From Patescibacteria group bacterium (GTDB taxonomy: Bacteria > Patescibacteriota > Patescibacteriia > JAHIZJ01): 62,560 nucleotides of DNA. The notes under the pieces were generated by a model. That model was not told where the DNA came from, did not search any database, and saw only the letters and a list, made by a program, of their open reading frames with translations. The translations under genes were made by a program, and so were the position numbers. The stretch lies in contig JAHIZJ010000085.1 in NCBI GenBank assembly GCA_018814765.1, positions 1 to 62,560 on the forward strand, read 5' to 3'. How positions within the stretch are numbered: position 1 is the stretch's first letter; each line of letters opens with the position of its first letter. Below are positions 26,237-34,548 of this stretch, one piece after another.

Positions 26237-27163
26237 TTATTTTAGCATACCTTTGCGACTAAAGAACCATATCATTCCAGCGCCAAAAGAACCACAAATC
26301 AAGAGCAGTATCCAGAAATCGTTAGGATTTCCGATGAATGGCATATGTTTAGCATTCATTCCAAAGACTGACGCGACTACGGTGATAGGAAGTGCCAGTA
26401 CTGATATAACAGTCAGAGTTTTAACTATATCATTTATGCGGAATGATATTAGAGACTCGTTTGTAATCTGGATGGTTTCAATTGTCTCTTTAAACCCTTG
26501 GAGAGTGTCCCAAATGTCCTTGGTGTCTTCTATTAGCTCCTCGAAATATATTCTCAGGCCATTAAGCTTATGTTTATTAGCGTTCCTTGTATCGATTAGT
26601 TTTTTGAGAACATTTTTATGGGTCTGCATGATCTTTCTGAAGTTTGTGATGTTACGTCTGATTATCAAGATCTCTTTAACCATTTTCTTTTCCTGTCCTG
26701 CGAATATTTTTTTTTCGATTTGATCAATATCCATACCTATGTGGTCAAGCATCGGGTAGCAATATAAGAAGAGCGAGTTAAGCATAGTATAGAGTAATTG
26801 TTCAATTCCGTCACCAAAGTATTTTTCTCTAGCGTGGTCGTTTACCAAGCAGAGTTCATATAAATCTACAATAGGAGCCAGCTTGTTTTGGTGTACCATA
26901 ACTAAATAATCTTGACCTATAAAAAAATCCACCTCTGAAGGAATAACTTCCCTGTTTTTTTTATCAAAGACAGGGAAAAGGAGGATCATAAATATATAAT
27001 CCGGATATTTATCCAGATTTGGACGTTGGGCAGGTGAGGTGCAATCTTTCAGATCAAGCGGGTGAAATTTATACGTTTTCCGCAAATATTCGATTTCCTC
27101 ATTAGTTGGGTTGTAAACATTGACCCAACTTAGTCCGTTGTGTTTGACGGTTTTAATATTCAT
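26237..27163 (-). CDS. corA: CorA-family magnesium/cobalt transporter
   Basis: Cytoplasmic domain, two C-terminal TM segments and the GMN motif ([10 protein letters not shown]). Confidence 0.9.
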   Translation of the reverse strand: MNIKTVKHNGLSWVNVYNPTNEEIEYLRKTYKFHPLDLKDCTSPAQRPNLDKYPDYIFMILLFPVFDKKNREVIPSEVDFFIGQDYLVMVHQNKLAPIVDLYELCLVNDHAREKYFGDGIEQLLYTMLNSLFLYCYPMLDHIGMDIDQIEKKIFAGQEKKMVKEILIIRRNITNFRKIMQTHKNVLKKLIDTRNANKHKLNGLRIYFEELIEDTKDIWDTLQGFKETIETIQITNESLISFRINDIVKTLTVISVLALPITVVASVFGMNAKHMPFIGNPNDFWILLLICGSFGAGMIWFFSRKGMLK

Positions 27164-27216
27164 TTTTTGTTTTTTCTTTGTGTTTTTAAGAAGAGTGATT
27201 TTAACCTTCTATCTAT

Positions 27217-27245
27217 ATTGTAGCACATTTATTAATATTTTGCAA
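27217..27245 (-). promoter_or_regulatory. corA operon promoter
   Basis: On the minus strand: TTGCAA (27245-27240), 17-nt spacer, TACAAT (27222-27217). Confidence 0.55.
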
Positions 27246-27263
27246 GTACTTGTGATTAAGAGA

Positions 27264-27297
27264 AAGGCGCCGGTGTTTAGATAACACACAGCGCCTT
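27264..27297 (-). terminator. Hairpin terminator candidate after the lipoprotein gene
   Basis: AAGGCGC (27264-27270) / GCGCCTT (27291-27297) with an inner GTGTT/AACAC pairing. Lies 10 nt after the stop at 27307. Confidence 0.45.
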
Positions 27298-27306
27298 GAA
27301 TGTTCT

Positions 27307-27840
27307 TTAGCGAGAAAGCATTTGACCTCGATTCGTACACTTTCTCACAAAAATGAGTAGGCGGTGGATTACCATGTCTTCCGGAGCGTCATCCTCGCTC
27401 CGCCCGAAAGTGAACATGACCTCGATGATGTGGGTTCCATCATCAAGGTTTCCAACTGAGAATTCTCTAGAAATGTTGTTTTTCGAGCACCTTCGAGTGT
27501 TGCGCCAATGGCGTTTGTCGTCGATCCTGTACTTTGTCTCCAGGACCCTCAAACCCATTGGAACATCAGGAGTTAGTCCAATGGTGACCTTTTTGAGATA
27601 GCTCACCATCGAGCTGGTTTGCCAACTTGTAATGTTGTCTTGAGTTCCCAACTTCGTAGTTCCAATTGGAACGAAGCGGTGATCGATACCAGAGCGCAGG
27701 CAGTAAGCTGCCGGCGAACCCTGGAATAGTCCAGAATAGTGGTCCGCATCCAGTTGTACGAAGCCAACTGCGGTCAAACATCCGGGTGTCGTCAGAACGA
27801 AGAGAAGGCCAATCCAAGCAAAGAACGTGTAAGTCCGCAT
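27307..27840 (-). CDS. Putative lipoprotein, GC-rich gene
   Basis: I prefer the internal ATG at 27840, which has GGAGG 6 nt upstream. That start gives MRTYTFFAWIGLLFVLTTPGC (signal peptide plus a lipobox-like Cys). Visibly higher GC than the flanks. No family recognised. Confidence 0.55.
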   Translation of the reverse strand: MRTYTFFAWIGLLFVLTTPGCLTAVGFVQLDADHYSGLFQGSPAAYCLRSGIDHRFVPIGTTKLGTQDNITSWQTSSMVSYLKKVTIGLTPDVPMGLRVLETKYRIDDKRHWRNTRRCSKNNISREFSVGNLDDGTHIIEVMFTFGRSEDDAPEDMVIHRLLIFVRKCTNRGQMLSR

Positions 27841-27999
27841 AGTTTTCCTCCATTCATGAAGAACCTTTGAGTTCTGTAACAAGCCAACAAAGATCAATTG
27901 AACTGAATAGGATAGCATGAAGAGGTATTTCTGTCAATACATAGTTTAAAGAAAGACTTGCTAAAAAGCCTTTTTTATGATATATTTAATCAGACGAGT

Positions 28000-28530
28000 A
28001 TGCAATTTTCACAAGAAGACAAAAAACTAAATGCTGAAAAACAGCATCAGTCCATCAAAGAATCTGAAACCGGAAGGTTAAAACCCGAACCCGGCCGTGT
28101 TGAAGTTGAAAGAGACATTGAGAGAAAAACTGAGCAAGAAGATGTAACTAAAAAAGAAAAAGATCGTTCCTTACAGGATACGAAGGAAACAACAACAGCC
28201 GTCCCACAACCCACTCCTTCAGTCCCAGTAACTCCAAGCAAGACTGCTGTGCGTCAGCAAGTAGAGAATATACTAGAGGAGGATTTACAAGAGATATACC
28301 AACGCATGGACGATAAATCAAAAAAGCGATTCAAAAACGAAGGAGAAAAAACAGCCAGTAAAATAGAAATACTTCTAATTGGCACCCGCGTAAAAGTCAA
28401 TAGTATATTTAAACTTATTAAAAAATGGTTACGCGTTATTCCCGGTGTGAATAAATACTTCCTAGAACAAGAGGCCAAAATAAAAACAGACAAACTCATT
28501 CTGATTAAAAAAGACCAAGACCAAGAATAA
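28000..28530 (+). CDS. Highly charged Lys/Glu-rich hypothetical protein upstream of fused ATPase
   Basis: ORF track start is a TTG at 27958. The first ATG, at 28000, fits a putative TTGCTA-N17-TATATT promoter (27958-27986). The stop lies 4 nt before the 28535 start. Confidence 0.5.
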   Translation: MQFSQEDKKLNAEKQHQSIKESETGRLKPEPGRVEVERDIERKTEQEDVTKKEKDRSLQDTKETTTAVPQPTPSVPVTPSKTAVRQQVENILEEDLQEIYQRMDDKSKKRFKNEGEKTASKIEILLIGTRVKVNSIFKLIKKWLRVIPGVNKYFLEQEAKIKTDKLILIKKDQDQE

Positions 28531-28534
28531 AACT

Positions 28535-31087
28535 ATGATTGGTGTATTAGTAACATTACCCGCAGCTACAGAGACGGACACAACATTTGGAATTGCCTCG
28601 GGAGAATCTTTATTATTTAATATTTTTCTGATTATTGGAGCTGTCATAGTACTGATTGTACTCCTTTTTTTAGTTAGGAAGATATTTATATACAGTGGAC
28701 GAATGCCCAGCGCGTTACGCCGAACAATATTACTTGTTACCGTACCAAAAGAACATATGGAGCTGGAAGAAAAGAGTGATCGTCCTCAAGGAGGCATAAA
28801 AGAATTAATGGGGGTGTCCGAGGCTCTCTATGCAAATTTTGGTGGTGTAGTCAGACAACAAAAGTGGTACTCACGTCTTATCTTTGGTCGGCAGGATCAC
28901 ATATCGTTAGAAATAGTGGCTAATCAGGGATACGTTTCATTTTATTTTGTAACACCCGATAGGTATAAGGAATTTGTTGAACAGCAGATTCAGGCACAAT
29001 ACCCCGACGCTGAAGTACAGCAAGTAGAGGACTACAATATTTTTTCACCCAGCGGTGTAATCCGTTGTAATTACTTGAAGTTAATAAAACGAAGCATGTT
29101 TCCCATTAGGACATATCAGAAACTGGAAACAGACCCTATGAATGCCCTGACAAACGTCTTGAGTCAGATCAAAGAACCGGAAGGAGCTGCTATTCAAATA
29201 TTGATTCGTCCAGCACCCAAGAGATGGCAATCAGGGGCTCTAGAATACTCCCGACGGGTTGTCAAAGGCAAGGGAGAAAAGGGCATACTTGAGGGGGCTA
29301 TGGGGGGGATTTTAAGTTCAGCAGTTTCCAGCAAAGAAGGTGACCAAAAAGAGTTGGAAAAAGAGCGTATGTATAGAATGTCACCGGTTGAGGAAGAGAA
29401 GATAAAAGCCGTAGGAGAAAAGGTCAGCAAGCTGGGATTTGAAACAAATATCAGGGTTATAGTCTCAGCCAGTGATTCCGATCGAGCTCAAGTGTTCACT
29501 GAAAACATTATTAATAGTTTTTCACAATATTCATCACAAGAAGTAGGCAATAGTTTTAGGCGTATACGTGTTTTAAGAAAAGGAAGATTTATTCGGGACT
29601 TTATATATCGTCACTTCAGGTCTAGGTATAGGTATGTACTAAACACCGAAGAGCTTACCAGTATATTTCACCTACCTCTATCTAATACAGAAACACCCAA
29701 TATTCGATGGTCTGTCGCTAAGCATTCTGCTCCACCGGTCGAGCTACCAAATGAAGGAATAATCTTGGGTGTTAGTCATTATCGCGGTAAGGATTTATTG
29801 GTACGTCTTAAGGAAGATGACCGACGTCGCCACCTTTATACTATTGGTAAGTCAGGTACAGGAAAATCAGTTTTTCTGACTAATCTGGCCGTTCAAGATA
29901 TTAAAAATGGCAAAGGTGTTTGTGTTGTTGATCCACATGGTGATTTAATTGAAGATATACTAGGTCAGATTCCTGAAGAAAGGGTTGACGATGTAATTAT
30001 ATTCAATCCATCGGATATGGATCGGCCGGTTGGCTTAAATATGCTTGAAGCCAGTTCACCGGAAGAAAAGGATTTTGCGGTTCAGGAAATGATTGCAATC
30101 TTCTATAAACTCTTCCCGCCGGAGATGATTGGTCCAATGTTTGAACATAATATGAGAAATGTTATGTTGACATTGATGTCTGACCTGGAGCACCCGGGCA
30201 CAATAGTGGAAATTCCTCGCATGTTTACAGATCCAGTTTTCCAAAAAGAAAGATTAAAGAAAGTAACTGATCCGGTTGTTAGAAGTTTTTGGGAAAAAGA
30301 AATGGCCAAAACTACTGATTTTCATAAATCAGAGATGTTGGGATATCTGATCTCCAAGGTAGGGCGCTTCGTTGAAAATGAAATGATGCGAAATATTATT
30401 GGCCAATCCTGTTCTGGTTTTGATTTCAAAGAAATAATGAACAACAAGAAAATACTACTTGTTAACCTATCGAAAGGTAAGACGGGAGAGGTTAATAGCT
30501 CACTTCTGGGGCTCATAATAGTATCAAAGTTACAGATGGCTGCATTATCCAGGGCGGACGTGGCACAAGAAGAAAGGTCTGATTTTTATCTCTATATTGA
30601 CGAGTTCCAAAACTTTATTACTGATAGTATCGCCACAATATTATCTGAAGCTAGAAAATACCGATTGAATTTAACCATTGCACATCAATATATTGGACAA
30701 TTGGTTGAAAATAACGATACTAAGATTCGGGACGCTGTTTTGGGAAATGCCGGAACCATAGTTGCTTTTAAGATAGGTGTTGAAGATTCAGAAATTGTTT
30801 CAAAAATATTTGCCCCGGTTTTCAATGATTATGATGTACTGAATATAGAGAAGTATAATGCTTATATTAAATTATTGGTTGACAATCAACCAACGAGAGC
30901 CTTTAACTTTGCTACTATTCCTCCTATGACAGGCAACAGAGAATTAGCGGAACGAATAAAAGAACTTTCACGAACCAAATATGGTCATGATAAAAAGCAA
31001 GTAGAGTCTGAAATAGCAGAACGTGGGCGCTTGGGTATGGCAGATGCTTCAGCAGTACGTGATTTTGGCTCTGAACCAAAAGTATAA
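28535..31087 (+). CDS. Fused membrane module + VirD4/TraG-like P-loop NTPase (850 aa)
   Basis: The N-terminal half is homologous to 4978..6477 and the C-terminal half to 6480..8138 (RRRHLYTIGKSGTGKS...VVDPHGDLIEDI...FYLYIDEFQNF...SEARKYRLNLTIAHQY). Confidence 0.85.
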   Translation: MIGVLVTLPAATETDTTFGIASGESLLFNIFLIIGAVIVLIVLLFLVRKIFIYSGRMPSALRRTILLVTVPKEHMELEEKSDRPQGGIKELMGVSEALYANFGGVVRQQKWYSRLIFGRQDHISLEIVANQGYVSFYFVTPDRYKEFVEQQIQAQYPDAEVQQVEDYNIFSPSGVIRCNYLKLIKRSMFPIRTYQKLETDPMNALTNVLSQIKEPEGAAIQILIRPAPKRWQSGALEYSRRVVKGKGEKGILEGAMGGILSSAVSSKEGDQKELEKERMYRMSPVEEEKIKAVGEKVSKLGFETNIRVIVSASDSDRAQVFTENIINSFSQYSSQEVGNSFRRIRVLRKGRFIRDFIYRHFRSRYRYVLNTEELTSIFHLPLSNTETPNIRWSVAKHSAPPVELPNEGIILGVSHYRGKDLLVRLKEDDRRRHLYTIGKSGTGKSVFLTNLAVQDIKNGKGVCVVDPHGDLIEDILGQIPEERVDDVIIFNPSDMDRPVGLNMLEASSPEEKDFAVQEMIAIFYKLFPPEMIGPMFEHNMRNVMLTLMSDLEHPGTIVEIPRMFTDPVFQKERLKKVTDPVVRSFWEKEMAKTTDFHKSEMLGYLISKVGRFVENEMMRNIIGQSCSGFDFKEIMNNKKILLVNLSKGKTGEVNSSLLGLIIVSKLQMAALSRADVAQEERSDFYLYIDEFQNFITDSIATILSEARKYRLNLTIAHQYIGQLVENNDTKIRDAVLGNAGTIVAFKIGVEDSEIVSKIFAPVFNDYDVLNIEKYNAYIKLLVDNQPTRAFNFATIPPMTGNRELAERIKELSRTKYGHDKKQVESEIAERGRLGMADASAVRDFGSEPKV

Positions 31088-31184
31088 TAAGTTGTATTAG
31101 ATAGAGAGTATCAACAGTGCCCTTTCTTTAGTAGCTAAAATTGATAGAAACATTGACATCGTGATTCATTGTATATCAGTAAAA

Positions 31185-31213
31185 TTGACGTCTAGGGGGG
31201 TATAAGCTATAAT
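31185..31213 (+). promoter_or_regulatory. Promoter of the 31260 gene
   Basis: TTGACG (31185-31190), 17-nt spacer, TATAAT (31208-31213). Confidence 0.6.
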
Positions 31214-31259
31214 AATTCTAGTCCAAAAAATCAAAAAATAATAAAATAATACAAAGAAA

Positions 31260-31904
31260 ATGTCAGATACAACAAAACTAAAAAAAATAAAAGAAGCCAT
31301 AGAAAACGCTCAAACAAACATCCAAATGGCTAAGCATTTACTTTCGGAAATGGGTATTACTAGCGATGTAGACATTGATGATGAACCAGCCGGAGCAGTA
31401 GAAGGAAAAGTAAGCGAAGGGCCGGAGGGTAAGATTATTGAAGGAATCTTTGATGGTCAGAACATGAATGGGCCGGATGGAAAACAGTACTCAGTCCCAG
31501 CAAACTATGCTTCAAAGTCGAAGCTAGTTGAAGGCGACACGCTCAAGCTCACAATTACTCCGGACGGATCCTTTGTCTATAAGCAGATTGGACCAATAGA
31601 TAGACTGCGGGTTGTAGGCACTCTAACCAAGGATGACCAAACAAGTGAGTTCCGTGTTTTGGCAAAAAATAAAAGCTTCAAAGTACTATTGGCAAGCGTT
31701 ACATATTTCAAAGGAGAATCTGGCGATGAAGTCGTTATTCTTATACCTAAAGATAAAGACACTAAATGGGCAGCTGTAGAGAACATTATTAAGAAGGGTG
31801 AAGAAGTAAAAACAGTTATTGATGAAGACAATGTAAATATAATAGATGATACTGATGACGACCTACTGGACGATAAGCCTGAAGAAAAAGTGGATACTGA
31901 GTAG
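31260..31904 (+). CDS. Hypothetical protein with acidic C-terminal tail
   Basis: N-terminal helix, central beta-rich region and a DDTDDDLLDD tail. No family recognised. Confidence 0.6.
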   Translation: MSDTTKLKKIKEAIENAQTNIQMAKHLLSEMGITSDVDIDDEPAGAVEGKVSEGPEGKIIEGIFDGQNMNGPDGKQYSVPANYASKSKLVEGDTLKLTITPDGSFVYKQIGPIDRLRVVGTLTKDDQTSEFRVLAKNKSFKVLLASVTYFKGESGDEVVILIPKDKDTKWAAVENIIKKGEEVKTVIDEDNVNIIDDTDDDLLDDKPEEKVDTE

Positions 31905-32182
31905 AATTAACTGATATTATTGTCTATTTATTGCTGTTAGTTTGAGACAGGGCACCTTTCTGGACGAGGGGAGTGTTTTAGAACCTCCTTTTGCTTTATA
32001 AGGGTTATGTTGCTAAGATAAGTTATGAGTAAGAATGATAGTAAGTCGTAACAATTACCAATTATTCAATGACCAATTTTCAATGAATTTTCAAGTATTC
32101 AATTTTTTGAACTTGGATTCGTAACTGAAAATTAAGAAATTGATACTTGATTGATAATTGAGAATTGATAATTAGTGTATTT

Positions 32183-33730
32183 ATGTCTAACACAATATAT
32201 AGAAAATACCGCCCCCAATCATTTTCAGATCTTGTTGGGCAAAATCATATTAAGATTACTCTGGAAAACGAAATTATAACCGATAGGATGGCGCACGCTT
32301 ATCTTTTTGCCGGTCCTCGAGGTATTGGTAAGACAACAACTGCGCGTCTTTTTGCAAAAGCAGTAAATTGCCAGAACCGAAAAAAAGACAGCAGTGAGCC
32401 CTGTAATACTTGTGATGCCTGCGTGGAGGTAACTGAAGCAAAATCTCTTGACTTGATCGAGATGGACGCAGCTTCACATACAGGGGTAGAAAATGTCAGA
32501 GATAATATAATTGAAAACGCACGTTTTACGCCAACTCGATGGAAATATAAAGTATTCATTATCGACGAAGCGCATATGTTGTCATTGGCGGCATTCAATG
32601 CTTTGTTAAAGACCCTGGAAGAGCCACCAAGTCATGCTATATTCATTCTCTGTACTACCGAAGTTCACAAGTTTCCCGAGACAATTATCTCACGATGTCA
32701 GCGCTTTGATTTCAAAAAAATAGGACACGCAGACCTGATAAAACGTTTAAAGACTATTACAGAAAAGGAGAAAGTTAAAGTTGATGATGAAGTGTTAGCT
32801 GGCATTACCCATCAATCAGACGGTTCATTGCGCGATGCTGAAAGCTTATTGGGACAAATATTTACGCTAGGTGAAAAAAGAATTACTGCAGAAATGGCCG
32901 AGCTGGTGCTACCCAGATCAAATATCGAAACAATAGCTAGGCTGTTTGATTGCATGGTAGATCGTAAGACAGGTGATGCCTTAGACCTTTTAAATACTTT
33001 GTCCCAGGAGGGAGTAAATTATGTACAGTTTTCCAAAGAGCTGATAGAGTTTCTGCGGAAAATACTACTGATAAAGGTTAACGGAAGGCTTGATATTTTT
33101 TCCTCACTTGAGCTAACCAAGGATATGGAAAAATCAGCTCTTGATCAAGCAGAATCAATCGAGCTCAGTCGGCTGACACATGCGATTAACCTTATTCTTG
33201 ATCGGGAGCGTGATATTAAATACTCAAATATTCCTCAGCTTCCTTTAGAGCTGGCCATTGTAGAGATTTGTGAGGGTAGGATCAATGCAGATGAAAACAG
33301 CCAGCCACATGAGGAACCACCGGTTAGTCCGACAATACCAAAAACAGAGAGCAAGCCAGTAATTACTCCAAAGCCTATTAAAGCCAGTGCAACAAAGAGC
33401 ACCTTAGATGAAATAAAATCTAATTGGGATAAAATAATCAGTCATTTGCAACAGGGCAATCCTTCATTAGCACTCAAGGTTCAATTAGCCCGGCCAATAG
33501 CACTAGAAGGGAACGAACTGACGCTAGACTGTAGCTATGCTTTTCACACTAAACAGCTGAATGAAAGTAGTATACGTTTAAAAATAGAAGAAGCCATAGA
33601 ATATATAATGAAAACCTCGATAAGGATTGGTAGTGTTATTGTTCAAGAAAAGGCACATGAGTCTGAAGAGGACAAAAAGAGCGAAATGAATCCCATCTTG
33701 GAAACATTTGGTGGAAAAGTTGTTGGATAA
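32183..33730 (+). CDS. dnaX: DNA polymerase III subunit gamma/tau
   Basis: YRKYRPQSFSDLVGQ, Walker A GPRGIGKTT, the zinc module CNTCDAC and an SRCQRFDF sensor. I prefer the ATG at 32183 over the TTG at 32165. Confidence 0.93.
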   Translation: MSNTIYRKYRPQSFSDLVGQNHIKITLENEIITDRMAHAYLFAGPRGIGKTTTARLFAKAVNCQNRKKDSSEPCNTCDACVEVTEAKSLDLIEMDAASHTGVENVRDNIIENARFTPTRWKYKVFIIDEAHMLSLAAFNALLKTLEEPPSHAIFILCTTEVHKFPETIISRCQRFDFKKIGHADLIKRLKTITEKEKVKVDDEVLAGITHQSDGSLRDAESLLGQIFTLGEKRITAEMAELVLPRSNIETIARLFDCMVDRKTGDALDLLNTLSQEGVNYVQFSKELIEFLRKILLIKVNGRLDIFSSLELTKDMEKSALDQAESIELSRLTHAINLILDRERDIKYSNIPQLPLELAIVEICEGRINADENSQPHEEPPVSPTIPKTESKPVITPKPIKASATKSTLDEIKSNWDKIISHLQQGNPSLALKVQLARPIALEGNELTLDCSYAFHTKQLNESSIRLKIEEAIEYIMKTSIRIGSVIVQEKAHESEEDKKSEMNPILETFGGKVVG

Positions 33731-33776
33731 AATAATTCAAAATTTAGAATTTAAAATTAAGAAATTGGGTATACCA

Positions 33777-34000
33777 TTCGGGATCGTCTAATGGTAGCGC
33801 GCCTCATCGGCGCGTCCGCCGAGAAGGCGGAGACCCATAAATAGTTTATCAGTTCATATTCTTAGGTTAAATGGTTCATGTTTACAGCTGCGGGATCGTC
33901 TAATGGTAGCGCGCCTCATCGGCGCGTCCGCCGAGAAGGCGGAGACCCATAAATAGTTTATCAGTTCATATTCTTAGGTTAAATGGTTCATGTTTACAGC
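33777..34000 (+). repeat. Two perfect 112-nt tandem units, each starting with the 5' 21 nt of tRNA-Gln followed by two GC-rich hairpins
   Basis: Units at 33777-33888 and 33889-34000 are identical from 33779 onward. Each reads (T)GCGGGATCGTCTAATGGTAG, then CGCGCC-tcatc-GGCGCG, then TCCGCC-gagaa-GGCGGA, then an AT-rich tail. The third iteration is the intact tRNA. Confidence 0.9.
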
Positions 34001-34071
34001 TGCGGGATCGTCTAATGGTAGGACGCCTGACTCTGAATCAGGTAATCCAGGTTCGAGCCCTGGTCCCGCAG
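34001..34071 (+). tRNA. tRNA-Gln (anticodon CTG)
   Basis: Hand-folded cloverleaf. Acceptor TGCGGGA/TCCCGCA (U1:A72 as in bacterial tRNA-Gln), D stem GTCT/GGAC, anticodon stem CCTGA/TCAGG with loop CTCTGAA (anticodon 34033-34035), T arm CCAGG-TTCGAGC-CCTGG. No encoded CCA. Confidence 0.9.
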
Positions 34072-34120
34072 CTGTTGACGGGAACATAAAGTATGGCAAG
34101 GGAGATAAAAGGGTGAAAAT

Positions 34121-34381
34121 ATGTGGTGGTATGTATACGTACTATTTAATCCAAAGACAAAAAAGAAATATATTGGTTATACCAATAACATTAATAGGCG
34201 CGTAAAGGAACATTATCAAGGGAGAGGGGGAAAGTATACCAGTAAGTTTGGACACTTTAAGCTTGTCTATTATGAGACATATCGTGATGAAAAGGATGCT
34301 CGAGCTTCAGAGCATTTTTATAAATCAGGATATGGAAGAGAAGTTCTTGTGGGTAAGTTGAGGCATTTTCTCAATCAATAA
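34121..34381 (+). CDS. Small GIY-YIG (URI-domain) nuclease, second copy
   Basis: WYVYVLFNPKTKKKYIGYTNNINRRVKEH...YYETYRDEKDARASE matches the GIY-YIG core. Starts 50 nt after tRNA-Gln. Confidence 0.8.
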   Translation: MWWYVYVLFNPKTKKKYIGYTNNINRRVKEHYQGRGGKYTSKFGHFKLVYYETYRDEKDARASEHFYKSGYGREVLVGKLRHFLNQ

Positions 34382-34438
34382 CTGGGATATTCACTCACTA
34401 TCATATTCTATATTTAAGGAGAAGTGCTTGTTTGTATT

Positions 34439-34467
34439 ACAGGAGTTACCTGAGGCCTGTTTTTTTG
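34439..34467 (+). terminator. Rho-independent terminator after GIY-YIG gene
   Basis: Stem ACAGG/CCTGT with a 12-nt loop, followed by a T7 run. Confidence 0.5.
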
Positions 34468-34548
34468 TTACAATATTGCCACTTTTCATATTTTAAATAA
34501 ACGATTTATTTGCTATAATGAGCAGGTTAATCAATTAACGAAAGCAAT

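Noticed and set aside
31905-32182. SRP RNA (ffs/scr) upstream of dnaX, as in Firmicutes synteny.
   Set aside because: I found no GGAAGCAGCC-type domain IV motif and no long closing helix on either strand. There is only a weak GUCCAGAAAGG resemblance on the minus strand.
32714-32720. A7 run in dnaX as a programmed -1 frameshift site producing gamma.
   Set aside because: It lies at about codon 180, inside the ATPase module and far upstream of where tau/gamma truncation occurs. I see no downstream stimulatory structure. It is probably just Lys-Lys codons.
33777-34000. Possible CRISPR array or integrase-type attL/attR duplication at the tRNA.
   Set aside because: There are only two units, with a 112-nt period and no unique spacers, and no cas or integrase gene is nearby. 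The duplicated part is the tRNA 5' end rather than the 3' end that integrases usually duplicate.
33990-34205. 71-aa ORF covering tRNA-Gln.
   Set aside because: Its reading frame is simply the tRNA gene plus spacer, and the region folds as a canonical cloverleaf.
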